DNA of 64,000 nucleotides from Chlamydiota bacterium (GTDB lineage Bacteria; Chlamydiota; Chlamydiia; Chlamydiales; RGXB01): NCBI GenBank assembly GCA_947494155.1, contig CANLTW010000003.1, positions 32,001 to 96,000 of the forward strand, read 5' to 3'. Shown piece by piece: positions 59,591 to 64,000 of this stretch (position 1 is its first letter; each line of letters starts with the position of its first letter). The notes under the pieces were generated by a model. It saw only the letters and a program-made list of their open reading frames with translations, ran no database searches and was not told where the DNA came from. The position numbers and the translations under genes were made by a program.

Positions 59591-61438
59591 ATGATCCGTT
59601 TTCTTTTACCCACCCTTATTTTTCTCTCCTTGTTGGCCAAGGAGCCTCCGAAACTGAAGGTGCACGATGTCTCCCATCGAATGGAGGAGATGCTACGTGC
59701 CCATGCCCAAATACATGAAGTCAACAACGAGATTCTTGAGCGTACCCTCCTACATTTTGTGGACGAGATGGATAGGACCAGAAGCTATTTTCTCGAGGAG
59801 GAGGTGATTCCTCTTATTAAATTGGATCAAAACAGCCTGACTACACTTAGGAATGCGATTCATCGCGGCGATTTCCAGTATTTTTCCCATCTAGTCCAGC
59901 TTTTTAAAAAAGCGGTTTCCCGTCACAACACCCTTCTTTTAAACCCAAAATTACAGAGCATCACCCCCAAAAAGCTGGAGGCAAAGGAGGAATCTTTTGC
60001 CCAGTCTGAGGAGGCTTTATTGGATAAGCTGGGGCAGCTTCGTGCACACACCCTTTTCATGGCGGACCAAATCGGCCCTAACATGCAAGAAAAAATCTTA
60101 GGCTGGAGCGACAAGAAGCGGCTAAAATTTGAAGAGGAATGGGTATCTCTCACTAAGGAGCTGGAAGAGCGCCTTATCTATAGCACCTTCTTGAAATCCT
60201 TTGCCCGTTCTCTCGATGCCCATACCTCCTATTTCACCCCTGACGAAGCGGCCGATTTTATGGTACACGTGCAGCAACGCCTCTACGGAATCGGGGCTAT
60301 GTTACGCGATGACTTTGACGGGTTGATCATTTTGAAGCTGATTGAAGGGGGGCCTGCAGCCCGCAGCGGAAAAGTTCAAGTCGACGATAAAATTATTGCA
60401 GTAGATTCAGAACCGGTGATGGGGCTGTCTATACAGGACGCCGTCGCTTTGATCAGGGGTAAAAAGGGGACATCGGTGACCCTTACCCTTTTAAGAAAAA
60501 ACGAACATTTAACAGTCCCGGTGATCCGCGACGAGGTCGTCGTTGAGGAGAGTCGCTACTCGTACGATGTGATTAATACTGCCGACGGACCCATCCTCCA
60601 TTTTGCCCTTCACTCCTTTTACGAGGATGAAAACACCTCCTCAAGCAAAGATTTTAAAAAAGTGCTTGATAGAGTAAAAAAACAGGCAACACCGGTAGGC
60701 GTCATTTTAGACTTAAGAGAAAATTCGGGCGGTCTTATGTCGCAAGCCGTAGAAATCGCCGGGCACTTTATCCATAGAGGTGTTGTCGCCTCGGTATCAG
60801 ATCGGGTACATGGCGTATACCATATGCGCAATTTTCAATCTCCGCCCAGCTTTAGAGGCCCCCTTGTCGTTTTGATCGATAAGGCAAGCGCCTCCTCAAG
60901 CGAAATAGTTGCACAATGCTTAAAAGATTATGGGAGGGCCCTTTTAGTGGGCGATAGCTCCACCTTTGGTAAAGGCTCTTACCAGGTGCTTTCGATTGAC
61001 AACCAAAAATCGATAGACCCTAAAGGGGAGTACCGGATCACGCGAGGCCTTTATTACACCGTATCGGGAAACTCCCCTCAGCTTACGGGAGTCACGCCTC
61101 ACATTGAGATCCCCGGACCGCTCAATAAAATGGAAATAGGGGAAAAGCACCATAAATTTGCCCTCCCTTCTGACTCCATACCCGCAAGTTACGTAGACCA
61201 GATGTTGGACCTAAATCCCCTTGCCCGTGTACGCGCGAAGCGGGGCCAGCAGCAGCAACGTCTTTTCCTCTCCGAAAAAATCTTGAAACATCTTCAAAAG
61301 GCCTCCAAAGAGCGACAAAACAAATGGAAAAAAGGGGAAACTATCACCTACGAAGAGGAGAAAAAGCTCGTTTTGGACGAATCTTGCGAGGTGCTAAAAC
61401 ACTGGGCTAAATTTAAAGAGTCCAGCCTTCTTTATTAA
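59591..61438 (+). CDS. tsp: Tail-specific protease (S41, PDZ)
   Basis: LDAHTSYF, GIGA PDZ loop, DLRENSGG, ASSSE, TFGKG. Confidence 0.93.
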   Translation: MIRFLLPTLIFLSLLAKEPPKLKVHDVSHRMEEMLRAHAQIHEVNNEILERTLLHFVDEMDRTRSYFLEEEVIPLIKLDQNSLTTLRNAIHRGDFQYFSHLVQLFKKAVSRHNTLLLNPKLQSITPKKLEAKEESFAQSEEALLDKLGQLRAHTLFMADQIGPNMQEKILGWSDKKRLKFEEEWVSLTKELEERLIYSTFLKSFARSLDAHTSYFTPDEAADFMVHVQQRLYGIGAMLRDDFDGLIILKLIEGGPAARSGKVQVDDKIIAVDSEPVMGLSIQDAVALIRGKKGTSVTLTLLRKNEHLTVPVIRDEVVVEESRYSYDVINTADGPILHFALHSFYEDENTSSSKDFKKVLDRVKKQATPVGVILDLRENSGGLMSQAVEIAGHFIHRGVVASVSDRVHGVYHMRNFQSPPSFRGPLVVLIDKASASSSEIVAQCLKDYGRALLVGDSSTFGKGSYQVLSIDNQKSIDPKGEYRITRGLYYTVSGNSPQLTGVTPHIEIPGPLNKMEIGEKHHKFALPSDSIPASYVDQMLDLNPLARVRAKRGQQQQRLFLSEKILKHLQKASKERQNKWKKGETITYEEEKKLVLDESCEVLKHWAKFKESSLLY

Positions 61439-61504
61439 AAATTTTTTGTCACTTCCCCCCTTTTTTCTAAAAAACCTGGGTTGAAACCGCAAGGCTTTGA
61501 GCAC

Positions 61505-61534
61505 TTGAAGTTTTTTGAGTTATCGAGGTATACT
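61505..61534 (+). promoter_or_regulatory. Promoter of gltX
   Basis: TTGAAG, 18 nt, TATACT. Confidence 0.5.
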
Positions 61535-61561
61535 CCTCTTTAACTTTTTTAGGATTTGTTT

Positions 61562-63073
61562 ATGTCTTTAAATGCGCCGGTCCGGGTCCGTATTGCCCCC
61601 TCTCCAACCGGATACCCCCATGTTGGCACCGCCTACATCGCTCTCATGAATCTTGCCTTCGCCAAACATCATGGTGGAGATTTTATTTTGAGGATTGAAG
61701 ACACCGACCAATCGCGCAGCAGGCCTGTGTACGAGGAGAATATCTACAAAGCCCTGCATTGGGCAGGTATCGAATGGGACGAAGGCCCCGACAAAGGGGG
61801 ACCGTATGGTCCTTACCGCCAGTCTGAAAGAACCGCTATCTATCAAGAATACGCGCAGAAACTATTAGATCGGGGAATGGCCTATAAGTGTTTTGCCACC
61901 TCCCAAGAGCTCGAGCAGATGCGCCTCACCTCGAAAAGCGGATATAACAGGCTCTATAGAAACCTCACCCAAGAGGAGATCGATGAGCGTGTTTCTCGCA
62001 ATGAAAAGTATACAGTAAGACTAAAAGTACCCCTGACCGGCGAACTCCATTTTGAGGACGGGATTATGGGAAAAATCGTGGTGAAATATGAGGAGATCGA
62101 CGATCAAATCCTTTTAAAAGCTGACGGGTTTCCCACGTATCACTTGGCAAATGTTGTTGACGATCACTTGATGAAGATCACTCATGTCTTACGCGGAAGC
62201 GAGTGGCTCACATCGACCCCAAAGCACATTGTGATCTATAACGCTTTTGGTTGGACTCCGCCGACTTTTTATCACTTGCCCCTTCTCCTCGGTGCCGACG
62301 GGAAAAAACTCTCCAAACGTAAAAATCCTTGCTCTATCTTCTTTTTCAAGGATAGCGGTTACATTCCAGAAGCGTTTTTAAATTTTCTCTCTTTGATGGG
62401 CTATAGCATGCCTAACGACGAGGAGATCTATACCCTAGACCACTTTTGTAAAACCTTTGATATCAAGCGGATCGGCTCATCGGGTGCTTTTTTTGATTTT
62501 CAGAAGTTGGATTGGATCAATCAACAATACTTGATGCGCACAACCGATCCTAAAGGCCTTTGGAAAAATATCTCCAACTGGGCATTTGAAGAGTCTAAAA
62601 TGCTGCAATTGATGGAAATGGGGCGCACAAGAATCCGTACCTATTCAGAGTTCTTCGACCTTTTCCATTTCTTTTTTACAAATCATCTCGAGTTATCGCT
62701 GGAAAACATGGTCCCTAAAACCTTGTCTCAAGAGGGATCTGCAATGCTTATGCAAGCAGTCCTTTGGAGACTTGACGAAAGAGAGAGCTGGTCAAAAGAG
62801 AGCATTGAGGCAGTTTGTAAAGAATTTGTCGAACTTTTCGGGCTCAACCTGAAAAAAGAGATCATGCCTGTCCTTTATACCGCCCTTACTGGGAAGACCC
62901 AAGGCCCACCACTCTATGCCTCGTTTGAGCTTTTAGGGATCGACAGAACCCGTGCCCGACTTCTTCAGGGCATCTCTTTTTTGGGGGGGTTAAGCACAAA
63001 AAAAGTGGATCTTCTGAAGAATTCGATGCAAAAAAAGGATTGCCTCTCCCTTTTGCATAAAGTGGGAACTTAA
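61562..63073 (+). CDS. gltX: Glutamyl-tRNA synthetase
   Basis: APSPTGYPHVG (HIGH), RIEDTD, PTYHLANVVDD, KLSKR. Confidence 0.98.
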   Translation: MSLNAPVRVRIAPSPTGYPHVGTAYIALMNLAFAKHHGGDFILRIEDTDQSRSRPVYEENIYKALHWAGIEWDEGPDKGGPYGPYRQSERTAIYQEYAQKLLDRGMAYKCFATSQELEQMRLTSKSGYNRLYRNLTQEEIDERVSRNEKYTVRLKVPLTGELHFEDGIMGKIVVKYEEIDDQILLKADGFPTYHLANVVDDHLMKITHVLRGSEWLTSTPKHIVIYNAFGWTPPTFYHLPLLLGADGKKLSKRKNPCSIFFFKDSGYIPEAFLNFLSLMGYSMPNDEEIYTLDHFCKTFDIKRIGSSGAFFDFQKLDWINQQYLMRTTDPKGLWKNISNWAFEESKMLQLMEMGRTRIRTYSEFFDLFHFFFTNHLELSLENMVPKTLSQEGSAMLMQAVLWRLDERESWSKESIEAVCKEFVELFGLNLKKEIMPVLYTALTGKTQGPPLYASFELLGIDRTRARLLQGISFLGGLSTKKVDLLKNSMQKKDCLSLLHKVGT

Positions 63074-63088
63074 AAAAATGGCCACAGC

Positions 63089-63250
63089 CTAACGGATCGG
63101 ATCGTGGCTTAAGGGATCTTTGCCGCTTTTATCGGATTTAGCCTCTTCAGTAAGGGGCTGATCCGTGATAATATACGAGGGTTTATACCCTGCCGCCGTG
63201 CAAGAGGCTAAAAAAATCAAAAACAAGGTTTTTTTGTATTTAAAACGCAT
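63089..63250 (-). CDS. Small putative lipoprotein (53 aa, not in the ORF track)
   Basis: Manual translation MRFKYKKTLFLIFLASCTAAGYKPSYIITDQPLTEEAKSDKSGKDPLSHDPIR: basic n-region, hydrophobic h-region, LASC lipobox. Confidence 0.6.
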   Translation of the reverse strand: MRFKYKKTLFLIFLASCTAAGYKPSYIITDQPLTEEAKSDKSGKDPLSHDPIR

Positions 63251-63288
63251 AGGATCCCTAATATATACCTATAGTACATTGGCGATTT

Positions 63289-64000
63289 ATGTCCAAACAC
63301 ACAGCTAAACTTTCTCATCGCTCTTTCCTAACTCCCTTAGATGCAGAAAAAAGAACGCTCCATTTAGAGATCTCTTTAAGCGAGCCTATAAGTTATCTGC
63401 CCGGCGACTCCATTGCCTTGGATGTGGAAAACTCCCCGCACCAAGTGGAAAAATGGCTCAAAAAATTCTCGAAAAATCCCCATGAAATCGTGGTAAATAG
63501 AAGAACTCAAGAGGAGCTGCCCCTATACTCCTATTTAAAAAAACAGGTCAATCTCCAATCGATTCAAGACGGGGATCTATCCAGAGCGCGCCCGCTCATG
63601 CCCCGTTTCTACTCTATCGCCTCGTCGCAATCGTTATACCCTAATCAAATGCACCTATTAGTTACCCTTGAAGAATTTTTAGACGATGAGGGACAAAAAA
63701 TGATGGGGGTGGGGAGCGAATACCTCTTTTCTGAACTTGGTTTGAATGACTCGGTCCAATTCAAATTGTACCCTAACGAACAGTTTCGACTTCCCCATCC
63801 AACAGTTCCCCTAATTATGGTAGGTCCAGGCACTGGGCTTGCCCCTTTCAAGGCCTTTTTAGAGGAGAGGATGTACCAGAACGCCCCCGCAAAAAGCTGG
63901 TTGCTTTTTGGGGAAAGGAATAGGAATTCCCATTTTTACTATGAGGATTTCCTCACAGGTCTAGAACAAAGCGGACAACTAGAGCTTTCTTTAGCGTTTT
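63289..64000 (+). CDS. CysJ-like FAD/NADPH-binding reductase (FNR module, no flavodoxin domain); cut off by the window end
   Basis: Manual translation MSKHTAKLSHR..YLPGDSI..PRFYSIASS..GVGSEYL..MVGPGTGLAPFKAF..WLLFGERN. Confidence 0.88.
   Translation, partial: MSKHTAKLSHRSFLTPLDAEKRTLHLEISLSEPISYLPGDSIALDVENSPHQVEKWLKKFSKNPHEIVVNRRTQEELPLYSYLKKQVNLQSIQDGDLSRARPLMPRFYSIASSQSLYPNQMHLLVTLEEFLDDEGQKMMGVGSEYLFSELGLNDSVQFKLYPNEQFRLPHPTVPLIMVGPGTGLAPFKAFLEERMYQNAPAKSWLLFGERNRNSHFYYEDFLTGLEQSGQLELSLAF

Noticed and set aside
59434..59727. 97-aa minus-strand ORF upstream of euo
   Set aside because: Overlaps the tsp 5' end in antisense and has no recognisable features; probably spurious
1..64000. CRISPR arrays, IS elements, prophage or defence genes
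   Set aside because: No regularly spaced repeats, transposase/integrase motifs or phage genes seen

Overview
This window comes from a bacterium of the phylum Chlamydiota, most likely a non-Chlamydiaceae ('environmental') lineage. The markers are euo, grgA, a chlamydial-type ~1500-aa SecDF, uhpC, rsbW, and lineage-type insertions in L17 and L23. It is mostly core genome. In order: ABC-F, TrmH, two orphan ORFs, rnz, rhomboid, an HldE/RfaE-like nucleotidyltransferase, lon, tsaB, rpsU-dnaJ, tRNA-Leu(UAA), grgA-gap, the S10/spc/alpha ribosomal cluster, fmt-lpxA-fabZ-lpxC-lnt, DoxX, an rsmB-like gene, a SurA-like gene, dac, rsbW, LptE/BamD-like genes, dnaE, uhpC, aspS, mip, trxA, a cmk-plsC fusion, cdsA, uppS, secDF, recJ, euo, tsp, gltX and a truncated CysJ-like reductase. 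I saw no mobile elements, CRISPR arrays or rRNA. The best candidate for a new system is a tandem array of four orphan helical, membrane-type proteins between rplC and fmt, the slot held by the effector Cap1/CT529 in Chlamydia trachomatis. At least two are clear paralogs, several have their own promoter or terminator, and their helix pattern resembles the eukaryotic PEX11 membrane-remodelling family (unverified inference). Other points of interest: a cmk-plsC fusion with a slippery A9G run at the junction, a tandem Cache-like membrane protein with no output domain, a very acidic RpoA tail, candidate leaderless genes, an unannotated 53-aa lipoprotein, and no omcAB between tsp and gltX. All family assignments come from reading motifs and from recalled synteny; no searches were run.
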